Shown here piece after piece: positions 11,461 to 23,286 of a stretch of DNA of 64,000 nucleotides. The stretch is from Phyllobates terribilis (taxonomy: Eukaryota). The translations under genes and the position numbers were made by a program. The DNA lies in the NCBI RefSeq assembly GCF_046119375.1, contig NW_027362768.1:89900001-89964000 (forward strand). The letters are read 5' to 3'. How positions within the stretch are numbered: position 1 is the first letter of the stretch; every line of letters starts with the position of its first letter. The notes below the pieces were generated by a model that ran no database searches, was not told the DNA's origin, and saw only the letters and a program-made list of their open reading frames with translations.

Positions 11461-12379
11461 TTATTAGTGAACTGCATGCCGTTGACCTCGAGGAATGGGC
11501 TAAGGTTCCTCAAGAGCTCTGCCAGTACCTGGTGTCTGGCTATCAGGGCCACATCTGCCATGAGGTGAGCTGAGCATCTCTCCATAGTCTGAGGACTGAG
11601 GTATCTCTCAAGGGAGCTGCACAATCCTCCTGATGCCAGCCAACTGCAGCGTCATAGTTCTGTGCGGGCAGAACAAGGATTGTGCCGCCCCTGAGAGCCA
11701 TCACTCAGGCTGTGTGTTTCCTCACCGAACACAGTGATGCTGGCTGGAGTCGGAAGCAGTATGTCTGATGCTAACAAGCCACAGCTGCAGTGTCCTTATG
11801 TGCTCTGTGTGTGGATACGGCTTGAGTCACAGGACTTATAAAACACCGTAGTCGCCCTCGAATGTATGTATAAGTGTGTGTGTCTTCATATGATGTGGAT
11901 GTGATCAACATTTATTTTACAATGTGTGATGTGCACATGTATATGGACAACAGCCATAAACATACTATATACAGTGTGAGGCCCCACACAGCCCCCCTAT
12001 ATACAGTATAAGGCCCCACACAGCCACATATATACAGTATGAGCCTTTCACAGCTCCCTATATACATACAAATATCCCATACACATGGGAAAAAAAACAA
12101 CATATACTCTTTGATCCCGTTCCCCGGTGCTCTGCCTCTGCTCCGATGCTCTGACTCTCCGCAGTGAACAGCTGACACGATGAAATGACGGCATTGCGAC
12201 TGCTTGCTCACACTGTGGTGGAGGATGGCACCAGCGGCGCCATCCTTCAGCGAGGTATTCACCGCTGTCTGCATCCAGAGGATATGGAGAGCAGTGACAT
12301 TGAGCGACCGATGGGCGGTGGAGGGCACGGTGCTACCCATGGGTCACTGCTTCAGCCCCTCGGCGGTCTCCGTCCTCTA

Positions 12380-12826
12380 GCCCAGGTTTGGTTTAGATCA
12401 AAGCATATTCATGTGTGTGAATGGCCCAGTCACAGTCCAGGCCTAATCCCCATTGAGAATCTATGACAAGACTTCAAAATTGCTGTTTGCTGACATCTAA
12501 ATCCAATGTCACTGAACGAGTGTGCAAAGAAGAATGGGCCAAAATGTCACCTCTAGATGTGCAAAGCTGGTAAAGACAGACCCCAAAAGACTTGTAGCAG
12601 TAATTGCATCGAAAGGTGGTCAGACAAAGTATTGACTCAGGGGGGCTGAATACAAATGCACCTCACAATTTTCAAATTTATATTTTTAAAATATTTAGAA
12701 AACCATGTCTCATTTCCTTTATACATCACAAATACTCGCTACTTAGTGTTGGTAAAATCCCAATAAAATACATTTAAGTCTGTGAGTGTAACATGAAAAA
12801 ATGTGGAAAAGTTCATGGGGTATGAA
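12380..12826 (+). mobile_element. Tc1-like 3' remnant
   Basis: Encodes WPSHSPGLIPIENL (SPDLNPIE-like motif), then RCAKLVK..PKRLVAVIASKGG and a TIR-like AT-rich end. Confidence 0.65.
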
Positions 12827-14042
12827 AACTTAAGTACAGAAATTAATTTGCGCTGCACTAAAGGACAATAGTCAGGGGATTAAGAAAAAGGTAGTTTATT
12901 AAAAATTTAGTAAAAGGATAAAATCTGGATTAAGTCGGTAGACAAAAGCAGGGACAGTCTGGATTTAGGGTCTTAGTCGAGGTCCAAGATACCAGTGATG
13001 GATGGCTGCCACTAGGGAGGGGAAAGAAAAGAGGTGATTTAGTGAGGAAATAGTTAAAACAAGATAACCTATTAGGTTACCTATAGGTGGGAGGACCAGC
13101 AAGGATTACCTGGAGGTTGGATGGTTCAATAAAGACACATATGTAGCTGGGTCCACTAAGGCGTGTGAAGAGGGGCTAATTAAAGGGGTAATAAATATAA
13201 GATTAGAATTTTATTATTAATAAAATGCTTAAAAGTGTTTACAAATATATAAAAAATATATATTTACCAATATCCTGAATAAGCTTGTAGTGGCCAGTAG
13301 GTGGAACAGGTTAGAAGTGGTTCCTGCTGAAAACCTGGGTAATTATAAATGGCAATTTAATGCAAAGGTGAAGTTGGAGGAGGGTAGCTGATACCAGCTT
13401 ATGGGTATTTAGGGCCAGGAGGGGGGGGGGGGGGTTACCTGTTGGAAAGAGGTCAGAGTAGAATGCACTAGAAGGCTAGGCTGTGGAGAGTGAGGCTGGA
13501 ATAACACCCTGTTATTTAGGGAGAAGAGGGTGACTCTCCTAGATTGGGGTAGATTAGTAAGAGGGCTGTGAAAGGCTGTGCCCAGTGGTCACAACTGTGA
13601 ACCTAACTGGGTAAAAGAAGGACAGTTTAATATAGTATTAATGCCTGGTAGCAAATAGCGAGAAACAAAAAGGGATTACCTTAATGTAGTAAGGTGGTGT
13701 GTCAGATGACTCTGTAGATTGTGTAATAGGGCACCCAGAGGGAGGCGCAGCTGTATGGTAGGACTGTGCTGCGGCTGTGCTGTAGGAGGCTTGTGTTGGA
13801 GGCCACTGGCAGATGTTCAGACGGAGCAGCTTACCTCTTTACGTGGAGCTGTATGTGCCGAGTGGTCAGAGCTAGCGATGAGTCCAGAAAATAGAACGAG
13901 GAGGAGCGGAGTCCCGGCCGGTGACTCGTGCTCTAAACCTTGCGGAGCGGTGCGGATGTGCTGTCGGGTCTTCCAGGACCTGACGTGACGTCACAGTCAC
14001 GTGTGGAGCACGTGATCTAGTAAGTTACGGTGAGGCAGAAGG

Positions 14043-14092
14043 ACCAATTCCTACGCGTTTCGAAAGCTACGGCTTTCTTCATCAGGGATGGT
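14043..14092 (-). ncRNA. Minimal type I hammerhead ribozyme
   Basis: Minus strand reads ACCAUCC-CUGAUGA-A-GAAAGC(CGUA)GCUUUC-GAAA-CGCG-UA/GGAAUUGGU: full catalytic core, 6-bp helix II, palindromic ACGCGU helix III, helix I UCC/GGA plus ACCA/UGGU. Confidence 0.85.
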
Positions 14093-14314
14093 GTAACTTC
14101 TGCCCGTGGTCCTTTATATAGTAGATGTCAGTGGATTCCAATTAATGGATCAGTCTTTGTTAATGATTTGATGCTTAGGCCATTGTTAATCATTAAAAGC
14201 GAAGATCTCAAACTCGCTGTTAAGGCCTTTTGGCTTAAGTGTGTCCATTTTGAATATCCAGAAACTTTCAGCACGGGACATACTTTTAATGTAGTCACCA
14301 CTGCGCCAATTTTT

Positions 14315-14704
14315 TTATACAGTTTGTATCCCCATTATCTGGGTGCCCAATGTGTTACCCCCATGTTTTTCCAGATAATGTGCAGACAAGGGATGTCCAG
14401 TAAAATGATTTTTAATATTGCGTAGGTGTTCATTGATGCGTTTAAACATGGGGCGTTTAGTACGTCCCACGTACATCTTTTCACAAGGGCATTTTAAACA
14501 GTAAATTACACCTGGTGTGGAGCATGTTATGAATTCAGTGATGGGATACTCTTTCTGTTGAGTTTTAATTGTTTTTTGTTTGAGAGTTAGTGAATGTTTA
14601 CATGCGTTACATTTTTTGCAGGGAAAGAAGCCTCTCAGATTTTTGGTAAACGCATTTGAAGCGTTCAGGAGGTTCGGTGGATTTCTTATAGATGGGGCAA
14701 TCAA
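14315..14704 (-). pseudogene. Penelope GIY-YIG endonuclease with Cys-rich linker
   Basis: VIYCLKCPCEKMYVGRTKR...RINEH (GIY-YIG) preceded by FPCKKCNAC, the zinc-finger-like linker typical of the Neptune clade. Frameshifted from the RT ORF. Confidence 0.9.
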
Positions 14705-14802
14705 ATTGCCCAGATTCTGAGCCTTTCTAAAAATAAACCTCGGGTTTGGTGGTAGTTTACCCCCCAGAGTTTTATCATCCTTAAGGATATCCCAATGTTT
14801 TT

Positions 14803-16260
14803 TTACAATTTTTTTTTAATAAGATGAATGTTAGAGTTGAATTGTAAAATTATTGGGATATCTATGCTAGTTTCCTTACTCGCGAAATGGAGTCTGGGAT
14901 TTTTTTCCGCCAGTATTTGGTTCCTAGGGATTTCCTGGACTTTAGTTTTGGCTGATTCTAGGAATTTTGCATGGTATCCCTTCTCTAGGAATTTCTTTGT
15001 CACACTCTCTGCTTCTACCTCAAAGTCAAGTGCGTGTGAGCAATTGCGGTAGAGTCTGGTATATTGGCTACGGGGTATGTTTAGTAACCATTGTGGTAAA
15101 TGGCAACTGTCCGATGGGATGAAACTGTTGGCGTCCGTTGGTTTCGAGTAGGTTCGGGTATGTAAGTGCCCTTGATCTATGTATATATTTAAGTCCAGGA
15201 AGTTGATTTGTTCAGAGCTAGTGTGAGATGGAAATTCCAGATGGAAATCATTTGTATTAATTTCCCCGAGGAAAGTATTCAGTGAGTCCTTGGTGCCGGA
15301 CCAAATGAATATAACGTCGTCTATGAATCTTTGCCATAGGACCAGGTTCGCACGCAGCGCACCCCCGGGATAGATGGCGGACTGTTCCCACCTGCCCACA
15401 TAGAGGTTTGCGTAGCTAGGTGCGAACCTGGTCCCCATAGCTGTGCCCAACTGCTGGGTGTAGTAGTGCCCCTCGTGTAGAAAAAAATTATGGGTCAAAA
15501 TGAAATGCATACATTCTTTTAAAAAAGAGATTTGTTCTGGTGGTGTCTGGCTGAAGGTTTTTAGGAAATGTGCTGATGCATCGCAGCCTTTATCATGCTG
15601 TATAACCGTATATAGTGAAGTTATATCTAAAGTGCCCAAAATGTAGGTATCCTTCCATTCTATTTTATTAAGCGTTTGTAGTATATGCTTGCTGTCCTTG
15701 AGGTGAGATGGAAGTTTAGGGACAAGTTCCTGAAGATGATGGTCAATAAATCTGGATAGGTTGGAAGTAAGGCATTGTATGCCAGATATGATTGGTCTTC
15801 CGGGGGGATTGGAAAGGGATTTATGAATCTTAGGTAAATAGTAGAAGACAGCCGTCTTTGGATGGAGGATGTTAATGTATTCAAACTCATTTTTATTTAT
15901 ATAGCCAGAGTGTAGGCCTTTTAATGTGAGTTCCTTCAGTTCAAGACCGTACATAGTGGTAGGATCGTGGTCTAAGATTTTGTATGTACGGGTGTCATTC
16001 AGAATTCTGGAAGCTTCGTTCTGATATTGATGCAGATCCAAAATTACGATACCGCCTCCTTTATCGGCTGGTCTTATGACAATTTGCTTATTTTTCTGTA
16101 ATTGTCGTATGGCTTTATATTCTGGTGCTGTAAGATTATTCCTATATTTAACACACTTTCTGTCACTTATACGGCGTATGTCAGAGATAGTGTTTTTCTG
16201 AAAGCTGAGAAGGGCCTCCGAATACTCATTGAGAGGGTTAAAGTTGGATTTGTTTTTCAA
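14803..16260 (-). pseudogene. Penelope reverse transcriptase, 485 aa open stretch
   Basis: Motifs RPADKGGGIV, LPKIHK..PPGRPIISG, LDITSLYT, GTAMGTRFAPSYANL, RFIDDVIFIW, INFLDL. Confidence 0.93.
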
Positions 16261-16520
16261 TTTGGTATGTACAAATGGATCATTAGGTTCCCGTATGGCC
16301 TCGTTTGCTCATTAGGTTCCCGTTCAAGGCACTGTAAATACTTCCATTAACCCTCAAGACATAGCACCCCATTCTAGTGAACGTTGGGGTCTCTGCTGTG
16401 GGATCCCCTCAGATCATACATTTATTTTGAACCCTGTGATTATGACAAGTGATATTTTTGTTTGTGGATAACCCTATTTTTTGTCTTTATTGTGGTCTCC
16501 ATCTTCTGCCAATTTCACAG

Positions 16521-16720
16521 TCCCACAAGGAAGGGAAACAGAGTGGCTTTTCGGTTCAGAGACGGGACGGAGACAGTTGGCGGGCAATGTTGGGTTTCGT
16601 CGTTTGCTTTTCGTGGCGTTGCATCGAGACCAGCAGTATGAAAGCATGGAAGCTATTCAGTCAGAGCTGTCAGCCAAAGTGCTGGAGCTCGCTCCTCCGG
16701 GACTGCCTGATAATCAGCAG
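16521..16720 (+). CDS. METTL13: METTL13 exon 3
   Basis: tttcacag|TCCCACAAGG...CAGCAG|gtaagg, 200 nt; [19 protein letters not shown]...[13 protein letters not shown]. Confidence 0.96.
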
Positions 16721-16953
16721 GTAAGGTCTGGGGACGCCATTGTCATTACTATCTGCCTGGATATAAGCTACTGCCAAGGAGAAATGATTGAACTGGTACG
16801 TCCACATGGCACAAATCCATGCAAGGGAAATGCCCACCAAATGTGACTTTTACTGCAGAAATGCAGACCTGCCACAGATTGTATGCATTGCATTACAAAT
16901 GGAGAATCGGCAGCATAAGCTACCGGAGTGTGGTTGTCAGATTTTTATATATA

Positions 16954-17301
16954 CAGTACAGACCAAAAGTTTGGACACACCTCATTTAAAGATTTTTCTG
17001 TATTGTCTTGACTATGAAAATTGTACATTCACACTGAAGGCATCAAAACTATGAATGAACACATGTGGAATTATATACTTACTACCTCTTGAAGCTCATC
17101 AAGAGAATGCCAAGAGTGTGCAAAGCAATCATCAAAGGAAAAGGTGGCTACTTTGAAGAACCTAGAATATAAGACATATTTTCAGTTGTTTCACACTTTT
17201 TTGTTAAGTATATAATTCCACATGTGTTAATTCATAGTTTTGATGCCTTCAGTGTGAATGTACAATTTTCATAGTCATGAAAATACAGAAAAATCTTTAA
17301 A
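16954..17301 (+). mobile_element. Internally deleted Tc1 (same family as the DD38E copy at 42150)
   Basis: TA followed by left TIR CAGTACAGACCAAAAGTTTGGACACACC, a jump to the transposase C-terminus (KRMPRVCKAIIKGKGGYFEEPRI), and a right TIR missing its tip. Confidence 0.88.
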
Positions 17302-17886
17302 AAGGGGACAAACTTATGGTGTGGCCCCCATGCTCCCCTGACCTCAACCCCATTGAGAACCTCTGGAGCATCATCAAAAGGAGTGTCTATGATGGCGGGA
17401 GGCAGTTCACATCTAAGCAACAGCTCTGGGAGGGTATTCTGTCCTCATGCAAAACAATTGCAGCAGAAACCATCCAAAACCTGACAAATTCAATGGACGA
17501 GAGAGTTCAGAAGCTCCTTTCGAACAAGGGGTCCTATGTGCAAATGTAACATCACCTAGGATAAAGTTTTGAGTTGAAAACTGTTTGATTTCAGTTTGTA
17601 ATAACCTGCTAATGCTTATAATTTCAAAAATGACCATTTTTTTGTTCTTTATTAAAATGAAAAGGTTGAAAACTCTGCTGTGCATAATAATTTGGAACAT
17701 GCATTTTGAGTACAGTTTGCGTTTTTAATTTTTTTTTAAGTATACTGTTATCATAGGCAGTTTGTACAAAAACCTTTCAATTGTACTCTAATAGTTATTT
17801 GACTGGAAAATTACAATGACTGCAATTCATATAGGTAATTTGGGAAAATCTGAGAAAATATTATTTGCATAATAATTTGGAACACA

Positions 17887-17889
<3 letters not shown>
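17302..17889 (+). mobile_element. Right end of a second Tc1 family
   Basis: MVWPPCSPDLNPIENLW...KGSYVQM, then a long TIR with GCATAATAATTTGGAACA repeated near 17684 and 17866, ending CACAGTG. Confidence 0.8.
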
Positions 17890-17940
<51 letters not shown>

Positions 17941-17966
17941 ATACATATATATATATATTATATATA
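17887..17966. repeat. (TG)n/(TA)n compound microsatellite
   Basis: Read directly from the sequence. Confidence 0.95.
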
Positions 17967-18104
17967 ATTTTTGTGCCATTTATGGACCTATTTATTTTTT
18001 GCTTGTATATAACTGTCCTCATACAGGACAGTCGTGATTCTGACTATAAATGATTGGATTTGAACCATGATTTATAACGTTCATATTTGACTCTTTTTGC
18101 ATAG

Positions 18105-18300
18105 ATCCCCTTTTTATCCGCTGGCGGAGACATTGGTATCCGGACAGTCCAGTTTCGCGGCAGGAGTGAAATGAGTGGGGACTATGTGGTGGAGGACGTA
18201 CGAGGGGATGGAACAAGCTATTTCAGACGCCTTATTTTCCTCAGTAACCAAAATGTAGTCCAGTCCGAGGCTCGGCTGCTGCCAAGTAACACTCCTAGTG
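18105..18300 (+). CDS. METTL13: METTL13 exon 4
   Basis: ttgcatag|ATCCCC...AGTG|gtaaga, 196 nt; IPFLSAGGDIGIRTVQ...YFRRLIFLSNQNVVQSEARLL. Confidence 0.96.
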
Positions 18301-18549
18301 GTAAGACTCGTGAGACAGGACATGTGCGGAGGCTCTGTGGTGTGTGTCCGCGTAGGGGGAAAGCTACAAGTGACGTAAGGAAGAGCTACTGGAGCCTGGT
18401 ACTGACATTTCTCCCCCTGTACATCACCTGTTGTCAGATCCTTTACCAGTAAGGGAGGACATGCATGCTCTGATTTTAGGGGGAGATTTTTGTTTTTTAC
18501 TACTGAAAAGTTGAGTTTGAGGGGTTTTGATCTGTGTATGAAGACGAGG

Positions 18550-19885
18550 GCATCCACCCAGTTCCCTCATTTATGTTTCCTTCCTTTTGAAGTCCACACC
18601 GTTAGACTCTTCAAACCCTTCTCCCTGCGAGTGGCAGTTGTATATCGCCCTCCAGGCTCCTCCCATCAGTTTCTGGATCACTTTGCCACCTGGCTTCCGC
18701 ACTTCCTATCCTGTGATATTCCCACTCTCATCATGGAGGACTTTAACATACCCATTGATAACCCGCTTTCCCCATCTGCCTCTCATCTTCTTTCTCTAAC
18801 CTCCTCATTCGGCCTCTCTCAGCTAACTAACTCTCCTACACATGAAGACAGGAATACTCTGGACTTGGTATTCTCATGACTCTGCTCGCTGCATGACTTT
18901 ACTAACTCCCCTCTACCACTCTCTGGCCAAAACCTTCTTTCCTTCTCTGTCAAGAATTGTCTCCTCACCCGGGACACCCCCACTTACCATACACACAGGA
19001 ATCTACGTGCCATTAATACCCAGCAGCTTATGAACAATCTACAGTCATCTTTAGCTCCCATCTTCTCCCTCTCCTGTCCAGACTCAGCATTGTCACACTA
19101 TAACCACACATTGCAGAGTGCACTGGATGAATCAGCACCTGCTACATGCAGAATGACCGGACATAGATGGCAGCCCTGGCACACAATGCAAACACGTTTT
19201 CTCCAGCGCTGCTCAAGATGTGCTGAGCGTCTGTGGAGAAAATCACTTTCAGCAGAAGACATCATCCACTATAAGTTCATACTCAAAACTTATAATGCTG
19301 CTCTCCATCTGGCTAAACAAGTCTACTTTACTACTCTCATCACATCTCTAGCCAACAATCCTAAACGACTCATTGAAGCCTTCCACTCCCTCCTGAGCCC
19401 TAAAGAACAGACCCCCGTCACCAACCTAAGTCCTTTCGATCTGGCCACTTATTTCCTACAAAAAATCAATCATATCCGTCAAGACATTCTTGCACAATCC
19501 CGTCAGAGTCTGGATCCCCTTCCCTCCTGCACTTCAAATTCACTTTTCATCTTCGAAACGGTCACAGAAGAAGTGACCAGACTCCTCGCTTCTTCTCGCC
19601 CTACAACCTGCAACAGTGACCCTATTCCATCACATTTCCTTCAGTCCCGTTCCCCAGCTGTCACTACCCACCTAACTAAAATATTCAACCTCTCTCTTTC
19701 TTTGGGTATCTTTCCCTTCTCATTCAAACATGCCATCATAACCCCTTTACTTAAAAAGCCATCCCTGGACGAGAACTGCACTAACTGCAGACCGGTCTCT
19801 AATCTTCCCTTCATCTCTAAACTCCTGGAACGCTTGGTCCACTCCCGTCTAATCTTCTATCTCTCAGATAACTCTCTTCTCGACT
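18550..19885 (+). mobile_element. L2/CR1-type LINE, 5' part (AP endonuclease to start of RT)
   Basis: VAVVYRPP, IMEDFNIP, TLDLVF (APE); DPIPSH, IITPLLKKPSLD, RPVSNLPFISKLLERLV (RT N-terminus). Stops and frameshifts present. Confidence 0.88.
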
Positions 19886-19887
19886 CG

Positions 19888-20089
19888 ATCAAAGCAAAAG
19901 GTGTCTACTTTGAAGAACCTAGAATATAAGACATATTTTCAGTTGTTTCACACTTTTTTGTTAAGTATATAATTCCACATGTGTTAATTCATAGTTTTGA
20001 TGCCTTCAGCGTGAATGTACAATTTTCATAGTCATGAAAATACAGAAAAATCTTTAAATGAGGTGTGTCCAAACTTTTGGTCTGTACTG
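19888..20089 (+). mobile_element. Right end of a DD38E-family Tc1
   Basis: IKAKGVYFEEPRI-stop, then an intact right TIR ending GGTCTGTACTG followed by TA at 20090-20091. Confidence 0.9.
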
Positions 20090-20091
20090 TA

Positions 20092-23000
20092 TGTCATACA
20101 AAATAGTTAATAAATAACATTTCCCACATGTCTACTTTTATATCAGCACAATTTTGGAACCAAAATTTTTTTATTAGGGAGCTATAAGGGTTAAAAGATG
20201 ACCAGCGATTTCTCATTTTTACAACAAAGTTTACTAAACCATTTTTTTAGGCACCACATCATATTTGAAGTCACTTTGAGGGGTCTTTATGACAGAAAAT
20301 ACCCAAAAGTGACACCATTCTAAAAACTTCTCCCCTCAAGGTGCTCAAAACCACATTCAAGAACTTTATTAACCCTTCAGGTGCTTCACAGGAATTTTTA
20401 GAATGTGGAAGAAAAAAATTAGCATTTACTTTTTCACAAAAATGTTACTTTAGACCCAATTTTTTTTATTTTCACAGGGGTAACAGGAAAAAATGGACCC
20501 CAAAATTTGTTGTGCAATTTACCCCGAGCACGCAGATAACCCATACGTGGGGAAAAAACACTGTTTGGGCTCACGGCAGAGCTCGGAAGGGAAGGAGCGC
20601 CATTTGGCTTTTTGATTCTAAAATTTGCTTGAATAATTAGCGGGCACCATGTTGCGTTTGGAGTGCCCCTGATGTGCCTAAACAGTGGAATCCCCCAGAA
20701 GTGACACCATTTTGGAAACTAGACCCCTCAGGAAACTTATCTAGATGTGTGGTGAGCACTTTGAACCCCCAGGTGCTTCACAGAAGTTTAGAACATTGAG
20801 CCAGAAAAATAAAATTTTCACATTTTTCCCACAAAAAATGTTTTTCAGCCCCCAATTTTGCATTTTCATAAGGGTAACAGAAGAAATTGCACCATGCAGT
20901 TTGTTGTGCAATTTCTCCTGAGTAAGCAGATACCCCATATGTTGGGAAAACCACTGTTTGGGTGCACGGCAGGGTTCGGAAGAGAAGGAGTGCCATTTGA
21001 CTTTTTGAATGGAAAGTTTACTTGTTGAGCACCCTGAACCCCCAAGTGTTTTGCAGAAGTTTATAACATGGAGCCGTGAAAATAAAAAAATCAAACTTTT
21101 TCCACAAAAATAATGTTTTAGCCCCAATTTTTTTACATTCATAAGGGTAAGAGGAGAAAATGGACCCCAAAAACTGTTGTGCAATTTCTCCTGAGTATGC
21201 CAATACCCCATATGTGGGGAAAATACAGTGTTTGGGCGCACGGCAGAGTTCAGAAGGGAAGGAGCACTGTGTGACTTTTTGAACGCAAAATTGGCTGGAA
21301 TTGAGTGCTGACGCCATGTCGCTTTTGGAGAGCCCCTGTTGTGCCTCACAAGTGACCCCATTTTGGAAACTACACCCCTCAAGGATTTTATCAAGGTGTA
21401 TAGTTAACATTTTGAATCCAGAGGTACAACACAGAATTTGATAACATTAGGTCATCATATTGAATAAGTTGCCATTAGTCTTGAGCGCAAGTGCTCGCTA
21501 CTTGAGTTTGCATCAGGTACACGGGTATGCACCATGTATCACGGGTGCTCGAGTGACATGCTCGAGTCACCGCTCGCATGTTTCATGGTTATTAGACACC
21601 CAAAAAAAAAACATGCGGGGATCGCTCGTGCATGGCAGGCAATCCCCGCGAGGTTTTTTGGCCACGAAGCATATGGGGCGGAGACTCGAGCATGTCACTT
21701 GAGCACCCGGGATACTTAGTGCATACCCGATGCAAACTCAAATAGTGAGCACTTGCGCTCAACACTAGTCGCCATATCATCATCTTTTTTTTTTTTTCAC
21801 TTTTGAAAAAAATCCCAACCCCATCACAACCCTAACACAACCCTAACCCTAGAGTTTATTTTTGACGCCGTTCCTCGTGCGGTATAAGTGATTAGACGAC
21901 TTTATTCTTCGGGTCGGTTCGATTACAGCGATACTAGAATCATATCGGGTTTTTATGATTGACAGCTGTCACACACTAAAAGACGCATTTTTTTGCAAAA
22001 TCTAGTTTTTGCATCGCCATATTTTGAGCTATAATTTTTCCATATTTTGGCCGACAGAGTCATGTGATGGCTTATTTTTTGCGGGATGACTTGACGTTTT
22101 ATTGGTGCCATTTTCAGGCACATGACATTTTTTGATCGCTTTCTATTCCGATTTTTGGGAGGCAGAATAAACAAAAACCAGCAATTCCAGAATTTTTTTT
22201 CATGGTGTTTTTTATGCTGTTCCGCGTGTGGTAAAATTGATAAGGCAGCTTTATTCTTCGGGTCAGTACGTTTACAGTGGTACCACATTTATATTGTTTT
22301 TCTATGTTTTGGCGCTTTTACACAATAAAAGCTATTTTATAGAAAAAAATATTTCTTTGCATCGCTTTATTCTGAGAGCTATAACTTTTTTATTTTTCAG
22401 CTGATGGAGCTGTATGGCGGCTTTTTTTTTGCGGGACTAGATGACGTTTTCAGCGGTACCATTTTTATTTATATTCGTTATTTTGATCGCGCGTTATTTC
22501 ATTTTTTGTTTGGCGGTATGATAAAGCATTGTTTTTTTTTTTGTTTTTTTTTACCGTGATCACTGAATGGGCTAACTAGTGGGACAGTTTTATAGGTCAG
22601 GTCGTTCTGGAAATACCAAATATGTGTACTTTTCTTGTTTTTTTCCATAATAATATTTATTGATGGGTACAGTATATTTTTATTTTTGGTGGATTATTAT
22701 TTTTCTTTTTTATTTAATATTTTTACAATTTTTTTTTTTTTCTTTTTTTAACACTTTTTGGACTTTTATTCTGTGTCCCACTCTGGGACTTTCACTTTTT
22801 TTTATTCTGATCGCCTGTATAGCACAGGAATGCAGCACCATCCCTGTGCTATACAGGCTGTCAGTGCTGCACAGGGAGAAGATAGTTTGGTCATGCACTG
22901 CGCATGGCCAAAGAATCTTCCTGCTGTCTGGTGACCCGGATGTTGTCAAGACAACATCAGGTCGTCATGGCAACATCCAGGAAGCCGCGGCAGACAGCGC

Positions 23001-23282
23001 TGGAGGCCGGAAGAGAAGGTGAGTATTCCGATCACCTCCCCTTGCCACCGCAATGCTGCGATCCACTTCGATCGCAGCATTGAGGGGGTTAATGTACCGG
23101 GAGCGGTACGGGACCGCTCCCTGCACATAGTCACAGCTGACACCCTGTACTATCAGCTGACACCCGGCGGCGATCGCCCCACACCGCTTGTGTGCGGCGC
23201 AATTGCCATATGACCTAATAGTACGTCATTGGTCCAGTCGGCCCAGGTCACCAAGACGTACTATTAGGTCATACATCAGGGG
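20092..23282 (+). mobile_element. Large non-autonomous TTAA (piggyBac-like) element, copy 1, left end deleted
   Basis: Colinear with 29497-32522; right end AGGGG followed by TTAA at 23283-23286; internal subunits of about 400 bp; no real ORF. Confidence 0.8.
21476..21767. mobile_element. hAT-type MITE nested in TTAA element copy 1
   Basis: TIRs TAGTCTTGAGCGCAAGTGCTC / GAGCACTTGCGCTCAACACTA; 8-bp TSD GTTGCCAT / GTCGCCAT. Confidence 0.85.
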
Positions 23283-23286
23283 TTAA

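Larger units (their letters stand above)
12835..16330 (-). mobile_element. Penelope-like retroelement (Neptune type), 5'-truncated, antisense in METTL13 intron 2
   Basis: RT ORF, then GIY-YIG ORF, then a noncoding tail of about 1.4 kb containing a hammerhead motif and a minus-strand AATAAA near 12896. Boundaries approximate. Confidence 0.9.

Noticed and set aside
19030-19929. 299-aa ORF as a novel RT-transposase fusion gene
   Set aside because: A chance in-frame deletion junction between a decayed L2 and a Tc1 C-terminus; both catalytic cores are absent.
20341-23213. Many short ORFs in the TTAA elements (also 29844-32659)
   Set aside because: Low-complexity noncoding subunits with no transposase motifs; the two copies disagree in frame.
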